A DNA stretch of 64,000 nt from Alphaproteobacteria bacterium (GTDB lineage Bacteria; Pseudomonadota; Alphaproteobacteria; JAAXGF01). The stretch covers positions 3,200,001-3,264,000 of the forward strand of contig CAUVXB020000002.1 of NCBI GenBank assembly GCA_963555825.3, read 5' to 3'. The notes beneath the pieces were generated by a model. That model did no database searches. It had not been told where the DNA came from and saw nothing but the letters and a program-made list of their open reading frames with translations. Made by a program: the position numbers and the translations under genes. Below are positions 23,063-34,412 of this stretch, piece by piece. The first letter of the stretch is position 1. Every line of letters starts with the position of its first letter.

Positions 23063-23356
23063 ATGACTGTCCAGCTACGTCTTTACACGATCAACAGTGG
23101 CTGCCTTCGGCAGTTTGCCGAGGAGTGGAAGGCGAACGTCTTGCCGCTGCGATTGGAACACGGCTTTCGGGTGTACGACGCGTGGATCATCGAGGAGACC
23201 AATCAATTTGCCTGGCTGATCGGCTATGACGGTTCCGAGAGTTGGGCGGCCAAGGAAAGCGCCTACTACGCATCCCAAAAGCGCAAGGCCATGGCGCCGA
23301 ACCCGGCCCGGCTGATCGCCAGGCCGGAACAGTATTTCGTCGAGAGCATTCTTTGA
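23063..23356 (+). CDS. NIPSNAP-family protein
   Basis: QLRLYTIN.G...F...W...VLPLR...GF...AW, AYYAS..RKA. Confidence 0.7.
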   Translation: MTVQLRLYTINSGCLRQFAEEWKANVLPLRLEHGFRVYDAWIIEETNQFAWLIGYDGSESWAAKESAYYASQKRKAMAPNPARLIARPEQYFVESIL

Positions 23357-23416
23357 AACGACGCCATCCGGACGAACCGGGAGGCCATTCTCCGGCACGG
23401 TGCATCCCGGCAGTCG

Positions 23417-24547
23417 CTAAAGCCCGCCGAACCGCTTCAGGTGGTGGTCGGCGTCGCCGAACTGGCGGTCGATCATGCTGAGGCGCTTGAAGTAGTGGCC
23501 GACGTAGTACTCGTCGGTCATCGCGATGCCGCCGTGGATCTGCACCGCCTCCTGGCCGATCAGGCGACCCGCCTCGCCGACCTGCACCTTGGCCGCCGAG
23601 ACCGCCTTGGCGCGCTCGACCGGGTCCGCGTCGTCGGCCTTGATCGCCGCCAGATAGACCAGCGACTTGGTCTCCTCATAGGCGATGAACATGTCGACCA
23701 TGCGGTGCTGCAGCGCCTGGAACTTGCCGATCGGCTGCTCGAACTGGACGCGCGTCTTGGAGTACTCGAGGGTCGCCTCGTTGAGCACCGCCATGATGCC
23801 GAGCGCCTCGGCGCATATCGCCGCGGTGGCCTTATCGACGACGCGCTCGATCAGCGGCAGGCCGGCGTCCCATTCGCCGATCAGCGCGTCGGCCGGCACG
23901 CGCAAGTTCTCGAAGCCGAACTCGGCGGCGCGCAGCCCGTCGACGGTCGGGTAATCGCGCACCGACAATCCCTCGGCGCCGCGCTCGACCACGAATAGCG
24001 AGATACCATCGGTGTCGCGCCGCTCGCCGGCTGAGCGCGCCGAGACGATGACCTTGTCGGCGCTGCCGCCGGCCATGACGACGCATTTCGCGCCGTCGAT
24101 GACGACCCCGTCGCCGTCGCGCCGGGCGCTCACCGTGACATCGTGGAGATCGTAGCGCGACGTCGGCTCGGCATAGGCGAAGGCGAGCAGCAGGCGTCCC
24201 TCGGCGAGCAAAGGCAGGAGTTCCGCTTTATGATCCGCGGTGCCGCCGAGCGCGATCAGCCCGCCGCCGAGCAGGATCGAGGGGACGAACGGCTCGACCG
24301 CGAGGCCGCGCCCCAACCCCTCCATCAGCACCATCGTCTCGGCCGCGCCGCCGCCAAGGCCGCCGAACTCCTCGGGCAGGGTCGCCGCGAGCCAGCCGAG
24401 CTCGGCGAAGCGCGCCCAGGTCGCGCGGTCGAAGCCCTCGTCCGCTGCCGACGCCGCGCGGCGTGTCGCGAAGTCGTAGTCCTCGCGCACGAAACGCTCG
24501 AGGCTGTCCTTGAGAAGCCGCTGATCGAATGACAGCGAAAAATCCAT
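23417..24547 (-). CDS. Acyl-CoA dehydrogenase (PimD-like small subunit)
   Basis: MDFSLS.DQRLL, RVQFEQPIGKFQALQHR, QIHGGIAMTDE. Confidence 0.9.
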   Translation of the reverse strand: MDFSLSFDQRLLKDSLERFVREDYDFATRRAASAADEGFDRATWARFAELGWLAATLPEEFGGLGGGAAETMVLMEGLGRGLAVEPFVPSILLGGGLIALGGTADHKAELLPLLAEGRLLLAFAYAEPTSRYDLHDVTVSARRDGDGVVIDGAKCVVMAGGSADKVIVSARSAGERRDTDGISLFVVERGAEGLSVRDYPTVDGLRAAEFGFENLRVPADALIGEWDAGLPLIERVVDKATAAICAEALGIMAVLNEATLEYSKTRVQFEQPIGKFQALQHRMVDMFIAYEETKSLVYLAAIKADDADPVERAKAVSAAKVQVGEAGRLIGQEAVQIHGGIAMTDEYYVGHYFKRLSMIDRQFGDADHHLKRFGGL

Positions 24548-24587
24548 GATGTGCGCCTACCGATGCCACCGGCGCCCGGCCACCCTC

Positions 24588-24612
24588 GTAGCGGTGGGTT
24601 TGAAACCCGCCC

Positions 24613-24616
<4 letters not shown>
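24588..24616. repeat. GTAG-type REP-like palindrome
   Basis: GTAGCGGTGGGTTTGAAACCCGCCCCTAC, overlapping the stop of the upstream acyl-CoA dehydrogenase. Confidence 0.5.
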
Positions 24617-25809
<1,193 letters not shown>

Positions 25810-25910
25810 GATCGTGCCGTGGTTCTAATTCCCAGTCTTCCGATGCTATACAGCAGCCAGGCGATGTTCAATCGCTGTCGGGCGAAACATGCGGCGTGAC
25901 GGAGGTGACG

Positions 25911-26666
25911 ATGTTCGATCTGACGGGCAAGGTGGCGCTGGTGACCGGCGCGACCAAGGGCATCGGCCGCGCCATCGTCGAGGCGCTGGCCACGGCCGGC
26001 GCCAAGGTCGTCGTCTCGAGCCGCAAGCAGGATCGCTGCGACGCGGTCGCCCAAGCCATCATCGACGCCGGCGGCGAGGCGTTGGGCGTCGCCTGCAACG
26101 TCTCGCATATCGACCAGCTCCAGGCGCTGGTCGATGCGACCCTCGAGGCCTATGGCCGGATCGACACGCTGGTCTGCAACGCGGCCGTGAACCCGCATTA
26201 CGGCCCGGCGCGGAGCGTGACCGAAGAGGCCTACGCCAAGATCATGGACTCGAACGTCAAGAATAACTTGTGGCTCTGCAACATGGTGCAGCCGCAGATG
26301 GCCGCACGGCGCGACGGGTCAATCATCATCGTCTCGTCGATCGGTGGCCTGAAGGGCAATGCGGCGATCGGCATCTACGGTCTCTCCAAGGCCGCCGACA
26401 TGCAGCTCGCGCGCAATCTGGCGGTCGAATGGGGGCCCGACAACATCCGCGTCAACTGCATCGCGCCCGGCCTGGTGCGGACCGACTTCGCCCGCGCCTT
26501 GTGGGAAGACCCCGAGTTGGCGGCGCGCGCCGTAGAGCGCTATCCGCTCGGTCGCCTCGGCGAGCCCGACGACATCGCCGGCGCCGCGGTCTTCCTGGCC
26601 GCCCGCTCGGGCGACTGGATCACCGGCCAGACGATCGTCGCCGACGGCGGCTTCATGGCGACGTAG
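25911..26666 (+). CDS. Short-chain dehydrogenase/reductase
   Basis: TGATKGIG, NAA, YGLSK (YxxxK), VNCIAPG. Confidence 0.92.
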   Translation: MFDLTGKVALVTGATKGIGRAIVEALATAGAKVVVSSRKQDRCDAVAQAIIDAGGEALGVACNVSHIDQLQALVDATLEAYGRIDTLVCNAAVNPHYGPARSVTEEAYAKIMDSNVKNNLWLCNMVQPQMAARRDGSIIIVSSIGGLKGNAAIGIYGLSKAADMQLARNLAVEWGPDNIRVNCIAPGLVRTDFARALWEDPELAARAVERYPLGRLGEPDDIAGAAVFLAARSGDWITGQTIVADGGFMAT

Positions 26667-26931
26667 TGGATAGAATCCAACATATGGCAGCCATACGACG
26701 GCGTCCCAAGGTCGTCCGGAAAGGCGCCCGATGTGCGGTGATGCTGGAGCATCACAAGCATCGGGCAACGCATCCGGCGGCCTTGGGACGCCGCCCTGCG
26801 GGTGCCATATCCCGGCTTCTCGGGGCGTCGAACACCCTTGCCGATGCTTCGGCATCGCCGGCGCGCGCTCTCCTGCCGAGAAACCGGGATATGGGATCGT
26901 ATGGGCACCCTATGTTGAATTCTATCCACTA
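26664..26931. mobile_element. MITE-like element, ~35-bp imperfect TIRs, TA at both ends
   Basis: Left end TAGTGGATAGAATCCAACATATGGCAGCCATACGA; reverse complement of right end TAGTGGATAGAATTCAACATAGGGTGCCCATACGA. Confidence 0.78.
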
Positions 26932-26949
26932 GCCCCGCCGAGCCAACCG

Positions 26950-29049
26950 ATGACCAACGTCCACCGCCTCGCGTCCCTGCTGGCGCCGCGCTCGGTCGCC
27001 CTGGTCGGCGCGTCGCCCAGGCCGGGCAGCATCGGCAACGACATGATCGCCGTGCTGCGCGACAACGGCTTCGCCGGCGACATCCATCTGGTCAATCCCA
27101 AGTACGATACGATCGACGGTGTGCCGTGCCACGCGTCGATCGGCGCGATCGGGTCACCGCCCGATCTCGCGGTGCTCGGCGTCGGCACGCGCCAGATCGA
27201 ACCGACCTTCGACGACGCCCTGGCCGCCGGCGCCGGCGCGATTGTCCTCTTCGACGGCCTGTTCGATAAGGCCGACGCCGGGCACGCGCTGCGCGCGCGG
27301 CTTGCGGCCAAGGCGGCGCAAGCCGGCGTGCCGGTGCTCGGCGGCAATGGCATGGGCTACTACAACTTCGACGCCAGGACCCATGTCAGCTTCCAGGCGC
27401 CGCCCGACCGCAAGCCCGGCGGCATCAGCCTGATCGCCCATTCGGGCTCGGTCTTCGTGCTGCTCGCCGCCAACGATCCGCGCTACCGCTTCAACCTGAT
27501 CGTCTCGCCGGGCCAGGAGATCAACGCGTCGGTCTCCGATTACATGGACTATGCGCTGGCGATGCCGACCACACGGGTGCTCGCGCTGTTCCTCGAGACG
27601 GTGCGCGACCCGGCGGGCTTCGTCGCGGCGTTAGAGAAGGCGCGCGAGCGCGACGTGCCGGTCGTGGTGCTCAAGGTCGGGCGCACCGAGGCGAGCGCCC
27701 GGTTCGCGGCGACGCATTCGGGCGCCATCGCCGGCGACGACGCGGCCTACGAGGCGGTCTTCGAGCGCTATGGCGTCGCCCGCGTCGCGACGCTCGATCA
27801 GCTGATGGCGACCGCGCAGCTGCTCGCCCATGCCAAGCGGCCGCGCAACGGCGGCCTCGTCGCGCTGACCGATTCAGGCGGCCTGCGCGAGTTGATGATC
27901 GATTTGGCCGACGACCTCGGCGTCGGTTTCGCAGCACTTGCGCCGGCGACCACAGCCAAGCTCGAGGCGCGCCTGCCGGGCCATCTCGCGCCGATCAATC
28001 CGGTCGACGCCGCCGGCTCGCTAACGCCCGAGTTCACCGCCATCTTCGACGACTGCCTGGGCCATCTGATGGCGGATGCGAACGCGGCGATCGGCCTGTT
28101 CGAGTTCGAGGCGCGCGACGACTTCCAGTATCTCCCCGCCTTCGTTGACGTCGCCCTGCGCAGGGCCGAAACCCACGACACGCCGCTGGTCGTGATGAGC
28201 AGCTTCTCAGGCACCCGGAACTGGGGCATCGCCGAGCGCCTCGCCGACGCCGGCGTGCCGCTGGTCAACGGCGTGCAGAGCGCGCTCGACGCGGTGCGCC
28301 ACTGTCTCGCCTACCGGGACTTCCACGCGCGCGGCGAGATGCGGCCGCCGACCGGTCCGCCGGACGGCGTCGTCGACCGCTGGCGCGGCCGGCTCGCCTG
28401 CGGCGCCGTGCTCGACGAGGCCGAGAGCCTCGGGCTGCTGCGCGACTTCGGCGTCGCAGCAGTGGAACCGCGCATCGCAGAGGACCGGGCGGCGGCGCTC
28501 GCCGCGGCCGAGGCGCTCGGTTATCCGCTGGTCATGAAGACCGCGGCGGCCGGCATCCAACACAAGACCGAGGTCGGTGGGGTTCACCTCGGCCTCGGCG
28601 ACGCCGACGCGGTGGCCCGCGCCTGGGACGACCTCGCCGGGCGCCTCGGGCCGCGCGCGAGTCTCGCGCCGATGATCGCCGGCGGCGTCGAGCTCGCCTT
28701 CGGCATGGTCAACGATGCCCAATTCGGGCCGATCGCGCTGATCGCGAGCGGCGGCCGGCTGATCGAGGTTCTGCGCGACCGCGTCTTCGCGCTCGCGCCG
28801 GTCGATGGGACGCAAGCGCGGCGTCTGATCGACCGGCTCGGCGCCCGTCCGCTGCTCGACGGCGTGCGTGGCGCGCCGGCCGCCGACATCGCGGGCCTCG
28901 CCGACGCCTTCGCCCGCTTCTCGGTGCTCGTCGCGACGCTGGGCGACACGATCGGCGCGCTCGACGTCAATCCGGTCGTCGTGACCGAGACCGACTGCAT
29001 CGCCGTCGACGCCCTGGTCATCGGCGCCGACCGGCCGGCCAATCGTTAG
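26950..29049 (+). CDS. Acetate--CoA ligase (NDP-forming) family protein, paralog of 12847-14949
   Basis: PRSVALVGAS, THSGAIAG, HKTEVGGV, DVNP. Confidence 0.88.
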   Translation: MTNVHRLASLLAPRSVALVGASPRPGSIGNDMIAVLRDNGFAGDIHLVNPKYDTIDGVPCHASIGAIGSPPDLAVLGVGTRQIEPTFDDALAAGAGAIVLFDGLFDKADAGHALRARLAAKAAQAGVPVLGGNGMGYYNFDARTHVSFQAPPDRKPGGISLIAHSGSVFVLLAANDPRYRFNLIVSPGQEINASVSDYMDYALAMPTTRVLALFLETVRDPAGFVAALEKARERDVPVVVLKVGRTEASARFAATHSGAIAGDDAAYEAVFERYGVARVATLDQLMATAQLLAHAKRPRNGGLVALTDSGGLRELMIDLADDLGVGFAALAPATTAKLEARLPGHLAPINPVDAAGSLTPEFTAIFDDCLGHLMADANAAIGLFEFEARDDFQYLPAFVDVALRRAETHDTPLVVMSSFSGTRNWGIAERLADAGVPLVNGVQSALDAVRHCLAYRDFHARGEMRPPTGPPDGVVDRWRGRLACGAVLDEAESLGLLRDFGVAAVEPRIAEDRAAALAAAEALGYPLVMKTAAAGIQHKTEVGGVHLGLGDADAVARAWDDLAGRLGPRASLAPMIAGGVELAFGMVNDAQFGPIALIASGGRLIEVLRDRVFALAPVDGTQARRLIDRLGARPLLDGVRGAPAADIAGLADAFARFSVLVATLGDTIGALDVNPVVVTETDCIAVDALVIGADRPANR

Positions 29050-29462
29050 GGCGCATAGCCAAAGACCGCGACGTCAAGCGCCCCCAATCGCGACTCCCCA
29101 TCATCCACTTGCGAGCCGGAAGCAGACGCCGCCACTCATGCCTCCCGACGTCAGCGCATAGCCATAACCTGACGGTGAGGTGTCGCCGTCAGACTCGATT
29201 GACCGCCTTCGCTACCGAGACACCGCCGCCTTCATGATCTATCTAATCGCTGCGCCACTCGGAAACCTCTCCGATTCCATTTGAAACGTCGAAGAACCGT
29301 TTATATGATCGTAAAGCATTGCAATGCACTGCGGTGGCGAACGCGCCGCGTGACTCTCCAGTGTTGCGACTTGCGGCGCGTGAATCGTTTCGATGTCGTT
29401 GAAACGTCGTGTTTCATACGTTTTCGACGGCGCCTCCGCGGACTCGCCCAAGGAAGTCAAAG

Positions 29463-29897
29463 ATGCACATTTCCGACATACTGAATGCTAAGGGAACCGA
29501 GGTGATCGCGACCGGACCCGCCGAGACGGTGGCGGCGACGGCACGCCTCTTGAACTACCAGCGCATTGGCGCGGTGCTCGTGCGCGACGCCAAGGACAAC
29601 GTCGTCGGTGTCATCTCGGAACGCGACATCATTCGCGGCATCGCCGTCAACGGCGCCCGCGCGCTCGACATGGAGGTGCGCGAGTTGATGACCAGAGAGG
29701 TCGTCTCGTGCAAGCCGACCGACACCATCTCCGAAGTCATGCGGGTCATGACGACACGCCGCTTCCGCCATCTGCCGGTGATGGAGGACGGTGCGCTCAA
29801 GGGGATGATCAGCATCGGCGACGTGGTGAAGCACCGTCTCGACGAATCCGAATTAGAGACGCGCGTCCTGCGCGACTACGTCATCGCCAGCCACTGA
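29463..29897 (+). CDS. CBS-domain protein
   Basis: IGAVLV, GVISERDI, RFRHLPV, SIGDVVK. Confidence 0.9.
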   Translation: MHISDILNAKGTEVIATGPAETVAATARLLNYQRIGAVLVRDAKDNVVGVISERDIIRGIAVNGARALDMEVRELMTREVVSCKPTDTISEVMRVMTTRRFRHLPVMEDGALKGMISIGDVVKHRLDESELETRVLRDYVIASH

Positions 29898-30375
29898 GAC
29901 CATTCGTAATAACTGCCGCGATCGCTAAGCATCCCATACCGCGAACTTGGTAGATTCGGATTAGGTCACTCGTACCACCAAGAGCCTGACATCACCGATG
30001 TCTGCAAAGAAGTCATGTGTGGACATCCGTCGATCGCGCTCCCGATGGCCGGGTTGGAGCGGTTAGCGGACGCTGATGGACCGGGATATCATCGGAAATC
30101 GACGGGACGTCTTCCTGCCCAGGCGACTTTGGGGTCTGTAGGACGGCTCGCTCTCCAATAAAATTTCACCGCCCGCGCCGGTTTACCGGAAAACCCGGTT
30201 ATCAGGAATTTTCGGCCTCGCCTAAGCGACGCCGGGCGTCCGTGCATTGACCGCCGGCTCGGACGCGCCGCCGGGTATTCCAGAAATTATGAATTTCCAT
30301 CCCGGGCCGTTTCGCTGGCGGCATGGGGCATCGCCCTGGCGTGCTTAACCAACTGCAACAAGGAGAGTCGAAACC

Positions 30376-30636
30376 ATGGCAGCGTCAAGCGCCACACGGT
30401 CCAACGACGTCTTTGTTGGCTTCGGCGCCCGAGACGGCGTATCCGGCAACCACGGCGGCACAATGGCGTCGTCCGAAGCGGACAGTCTCTACTACGGGCT
30501 ACACCGCGAATTGATGGACGCCGGCTGCTTCGAGCCCGCCCCCTGGTCCGAAATCGGCAGCATGATCTTCGTGGGTTCGGACGCCAAAAATTCCCCAGAG
30601 CCAAGACGTCCTGACACTCTTATCATAACCCGTTGA
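30376..30636 (+). pseudogene. Possible truncated 5' gene fragment (fatty-acid-desaturase-like N-terminus) cut at the island border near 30573
   Basis: AAGGAG RBS; YYGLHRELMDAGCFEPAPW followed by an abrupt shift to AT-richer sequence; family call is weak. Confidence 0.3.
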
Positions 30637-30804
30637 TAATACGACGTAATTCAATTCCTCGACGTGCAATTTATGTTGCCTCTGTTCCGGTTCGCATTTT
30701 CCCCGGTAAGCGTTCGTTCAGGCCGTGGAATGGGTCCCGTCAAGCGCATCTCCCACGTTGAGGCGAGGCCCCACAAGGTGCTGTCTTTCTGCTGGTAACG
30801 CGAT

Positions 30805-33468
30805 TTGCCATGCGCTATCGTCGTGCGCATGGTGGTTCTGGACGAGGATTTTGGCACCAACCTGACGCTGGTCGAGGGTAATGGCGGGGTCCGGTTGTCC
30901 CCCGTGTCGGTGCCGGAGCACGCGCCGCGCGACTGGCGGTCACAGTGTGAGCGGGAACGGGCGCGGGCGGACGCGGCCGAAGCGCGCGCGGAAGAGCTGC
31001 GCTGGGCGGAAGTGGCCGCCCGCAGCGATGGCGGTTCGTGGAAGTCTCGGTTCAAGGCCTGCCGGCGCAGGCTGAGTGAGGCCGTCGAAGAGACGAAGGA
31101 AGCCCGCCGCACGGCAAGGGACGTGCCGTCCTTGCAGGCGGAAGTGGCGCGCCTGGAGACGCTCCTTTCTGAAGCCGGCATCGCGTCGGCCTTCGATACG
31201 GCCGGGGCGCTGCGCAAGGAGAACGCCCGGCTGCGCAAGGCCCTGGCGGCATCGAAGGCCCGTGAGGGCGCGACCGGGCCGTGGCCCGCTCCGCCCCGGC
31301 GGCGCACCGTCCTGGAGCCTTCCCCGGACCAGAAGGAGACCGTCAGGTCGCTTCGCACGGAACTCCGCCGGCTCGACAAGGAGGTGGTCCGGCGGGACAA
31401 GGAGAACGCCCGGCTGAACACGCGCCTCGACCAGGAGAAGGAGAGGACGGAGCGCATCAGGGAGACCGCGAAGAAGCTGTCCAGCGAGTCCCTTCGGCTC
31501 CACCGGGAGGTGAGGATACTGGGCGACGCCGAGGCCCGCGCCCGGTCGCTGTCCGACGAGGTTTTCTGGCTGCGCCATGCCCTGGAGGTGTCCAAAGCCG
31601 GTAAGGAGAAGTTGAAGGCCCGGCTCGCCAAGCTTCGGGCGGCCGGGGCGACGCTGTCGAAGCTGCCGTCCGACGAGGCTGCTCAACTGCGCGCGGCGTT
31701 GAGGCGATCGCGGCGCCAGAAGACGACGATCGAGGCGCTGCGCAAGGGCAACGCCCGTCTGCGCAGGACCATGCGGAAGTTGGAGACCCGGAAAGCGGCG
31801 CTGGCGGTTCAGCCTGCCAAGCTTCGCGCGATCAGGAAGGCACTCGAGTCCGAGCTTGCCGGGCTTCGGGCGGTCAGGAAGACGTTGTCGAAGTCGCTGT
31901 CCGTTGCAGACGCCGATCTCCGCAGGGCTCTGCGAAGGTCGCGGCGCCAGAAGGCTACGATCAAGTCGCTGTCCCGGGAGAACGCCCGCCTGCGCAAGGG
32001 CGCGAAGACGTCGCGGAACCGGATCGAGACGCTGGAAGTCCAGCTTGAGAGGCTTCGTGCGACCGGGGCGGTGCTGTCGAGGGCGCTCTACGGCCGCAAG
32101 AGCGAGCAGCAGGACAAGCCGGGCTCGGAACACAAGCGCGGCCAGCAGCGCGGCGCGCCCGGCCACGGCCGCACCCAGCGGCCCGGGCTCGATGAGCGCA
32201 CCGAAGAGCACAACCCGCCGCCGGATGCGTGCGTCTGCGGCCGGTGCGGGCAGCCCTATGCGCCGAACGGCGCCGAGGAATCCACCCTCGTCGAGATCGA
32301 GGTCAAGGCCTACAAGCGCGTGATCCGCCGTCCGCGCTGGCGCCGGACCTGCGAGTGCGCGTCGTCGCCCATGGAAGTGTCGGCGCCCCCGGTGCCGCGG
32401 CTGTTCCCCAGGACGCTCTACGGGACCAGCTTCTGGGCACGCTTCCTGTTCGAGCACTGTGCCTGCTTCCGCCCCGTGCACCGCGTTGCCGCGTGGATGT
32501 CCGCCCAAGGGCTGACGGTCTCGCCGGGGACGCTGGCCGACAGCCTGAAGCGGTTCGTGCCGCTGCTCGAGCCGCTGGCCGAGGCGATCCTTGCGCACCA
32601 GAACAAGGCGGCGCTGCGCCATGCCGACGAGACCAGCTGGCGCGTCCAGGAACTTCGCGGGGAAGACCGCTCGAGCCGCGCCTGGCTGTGGGTCTCGGTC
32701 AGCAATGACGCGGTCTCTTTCCATATCGACCCCTCGCGCAGCGCCGAGGCGGCGCAGAAGCTGTTCGGCGACGCTCTCCTCGACACGGTCATCGTCTGCG
32801 ATCGCTATAGCGCCTACAAGCGACTCGCTCGCCTTCGCGAGGGCAAAGTGACCCTTGCATTCTGTTGGTCCCATATGCGCCGCGATTTTGTCGAGTGCGC
32901 GGCCGGCCAGGTGAGACTGACGGACTGGTGCCAGGGATGGATCGAGCGGATCGCGTCGGTCTACCGCCTGAACGAGGCGAGGTTGGCTCATTACGACCCC
33001 GTGATCAAGCGCCAGACGCCGGCGTTCGACGCGGCGCAGGGCGCGTTGAAGGCGGCGCTCGACGGCCTGTTCGCGGAGGCCGCCCGGGAGTTGGTCGGCC
33101 TGCCGGACCAGGCGCGCCAGGGCAGGGCGCTGCGCTCGCTGCTGAACCATCGCGAAGGGCTGAGCGTGTTCGTCGACCGCCCGCAGGTGCCTCTGGATAA
33201 CAATCGCGCCGAAAGATTGTTACGAGGTCCGGCCATAGGGCGACGGCTGTCGTTCGGTTCCGACAGCGAGGACGGCGCCAGGTTCACGGCGATCATGTAC
33301 TCGGTGGTGGGCACGCTCTCGATGAATGGCATCGACATCCTGAGCTGGCTGGACACGTGGCTCGCAGCGTGCGCGGAGAACGATCGCAAACCACCGGACG
33401 ACCTGTCGCCGTGGCTGCCATGGTCGATGAGCGAGGAGCGCAGGCGCGAACTCATGGCGCCGGCGTGA
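30805..33468 (+). CDS. IS66-family transposase (TnpC-like) with ~430-aa repetitive coiled-coil N-terminal extension
   Basis: LYGRKSE, CVCGRCG, HADETSW, CDRYSAY, CWSHMRR, DNNRAERLLR; start uncertain. Confidence 0.88.
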   Translation: MPCAIVVRMVVLDEDFGTNLTLVEGNGGVRLSPVSVPEHAPRDWRSQCERERARADAAEARAEELRWAEVAARSDGGSWKSRFKACRRRLSEAVEETKEARRTARDVPSLQAEVARLETLLSEAGIASAFDTAGALRKENARLRKALAASKAREGATGPWPAPPRRRTVLEPSPDQKETVRSLRTELRRLDKEVVRRDKENARLNTRLDQEKERTERIRETAKKLSSESLRLHREVRILGDAEARARSLSDEVFWLRHALEVSKAGKEKLKARLAKLRAAGATLSKLPSDEAAQLRAALRRSRRQKTTIEALRKGNARLRRTMRKLETRKAALAVQPAKLRAIRKALESELAGLRAVRKTLSKSLSVADADLRRALRRSRRQKATIKSLSRENARLRKGAKTSRNRIETLEVQLERLRATGAVLSRALYGRKSEQQDKPGSEHKRGQQRGAPGHGRTQRPGLDERTEEHNPPPDACVCGRCGQPYAPNGAEESTLVEIEVKAYKRVIRRPRWRRTCECASSPMEVSAPPVPRLFPRTLYGTSFWARFLFEHCACFRPVHRVAAWMSAQGLTVSPGTLADSLKRFVPLLEPLAEAILAHQNKAALRHADETSWRVQELRGEDRSSRAWLWVSVSNDAVSFHIDPSRSAEAAQKLFGDALLDTVIVCDRYSAYKRLARLREGKVTLAFCWSHMRRDFVECAAGQVRLTDWCQGWIERIASVYRLNEARLAHYDPVIKRQTPAFDAAQGALKAALDGLFAEAARELVGLPDQARQGRALRSLLNHREGLSVFVDRPQVPLDNNRAERLLRGPAIGRRLSFGSDSEDGARFTAIMYSVVGTLSMNGIDILSWLDTWLAACAENDRKPPDDLSPWLPWSMSEERRRELMAPA

Positions 33469-34346
33469 CCGGCGCGATCGAGTGCCGTTATTACGGCCGC
33501 GACTTCACCGCCGGGGAAATGGCGCTGCTGCGCGCGCTGATCGCCGGGCCGCCGCCGTTGAACCGCCATATGCTGTCGAAGGAGTTCTGCCGGCGCATCG
33601 GCTGGTTCAAGCCCGACGGCGGCCTCAAGGACATGATGGCCAGGGTCGCCATGCTGGCCATGCACAGGGACGGCCTGATCGCCCTGCCGGCGCCGCAGGG
33701 ACGGCAGAACCGGCCCGGGCCGATCGTCTTCGGGCCGGACACCGAAGCGCCGCTGTTCCCGGCCCCGACGACCCTCGACAAGGTCCGTCCGCTCGACCTG
33801 CGCCCCGTCGTGCGCGGCACCCGGGAGAGCAAGCTCTGGAACGAGTTCGTCGCCCGCTACCACTATCTCGGATACAAGACCCTGGTCGGCGCCCAGATGC
33901 GCTACGCCGTCCACGACCGCGACGGCTGGCCGCTCGCCATGCTCGGCTTCTCCACCGCCGCGTGGAAGCTCGCCCCGCGCGACAACTTCATCGGATGGAC
34001 ACGGCAACTGCGCGAGAAGAACCTTCCCTTCGTGGTCGACAACCCGAGATTCCTGATCCTGCCCTGGATCAATATCCCCAACCTGGGTTCGCACATCCTG
34101 GCCATCATCCGCCGGCGCCTGCCCGATGACTGGACCGAGCGCTACAACACCACGCCCGTGCTCATCGAGACCTTCGTCGAGACCCCGCGCTACACCGGCG
34201 CCGTTTACAGGGCCTCCGGCTGGACCCGCGTCGGGACCACCCAGGGGCGCGGGCGCTACGACCGGGACAGGCAGTCCGACAAGCCTAAAAAGGATGTCTG
34301 GCTCCGGCCCCTGCGACGGGATTGGAAACGCACCCTCAATCGCTAA
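33465..34346 (+). CDS. DUF4338 / Druantia DruA-like protein
   Basis: RYYGRDFT, WNEFVARYHYLGY, AAWKLAPRDNFIGW, RFLILPW, LIETFVE, YRASGW; GTGA overlap with the transposase stop. Confidence 0.82.
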   Translation: MTGAIECRYYGRDFTAGEMALLRALIAGPPPLNRHMLSKEFCRRIGWFKPDGGLKDMMARVAMLAMHRDGLIALPAPQGRQNRPGPIVFGPDTEAPLFPAPTTLDKVRPLDLRPVVRGTRESKLWNEFVARYHYLGYKTLVGAQMRYAVHDRDGWPLAMLGFSTAAWKLAPRDNFIGWTRQLREKNLPFVVDNPRFLILPWINIPNLGSHILAIIRRRLPDDWTERYNTTPVLIETFVETPRYTGAVYRASGWTRVGTTQGRGRYDRDRQSDKPKKDVWLRPLRRDWKRTLNR

Positions 34347-34412
34347 AATCGGCCGGGGCGAATGGAAACGCCCGCGCTGATTCCACGGCCTGAACGAACG
34401 CTTACTCGAACG

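Larger units (their letters stand above)
30706..34405 (+). mobile_element. IS66-like element (3.7 kb): long transposase + DUF4338 gene
   Basis: Perfect 26-bp TIRs GTAAGCGTTCGTTCAGGCCGTGGAAT (30706-30731 and 34380-34405); GTAA terminus typical of IS66; no flanking TSD. Confidence 0.9.

Noticed and set aside
29050-30370. tRNA, ncRNA or riboswitch in the intergenic gaps around the CBS gene
   Set aside because: No recognisable motif by eye; an Rfam/tRNAscan search would be needed
30680-30705. Degenerate CRISPR repeat at the IS66 left flank (CTGTTCC...TTCCCCG)
   Set aside because: Only short scattered matches; cannot be aligned to the 29-bp repeat
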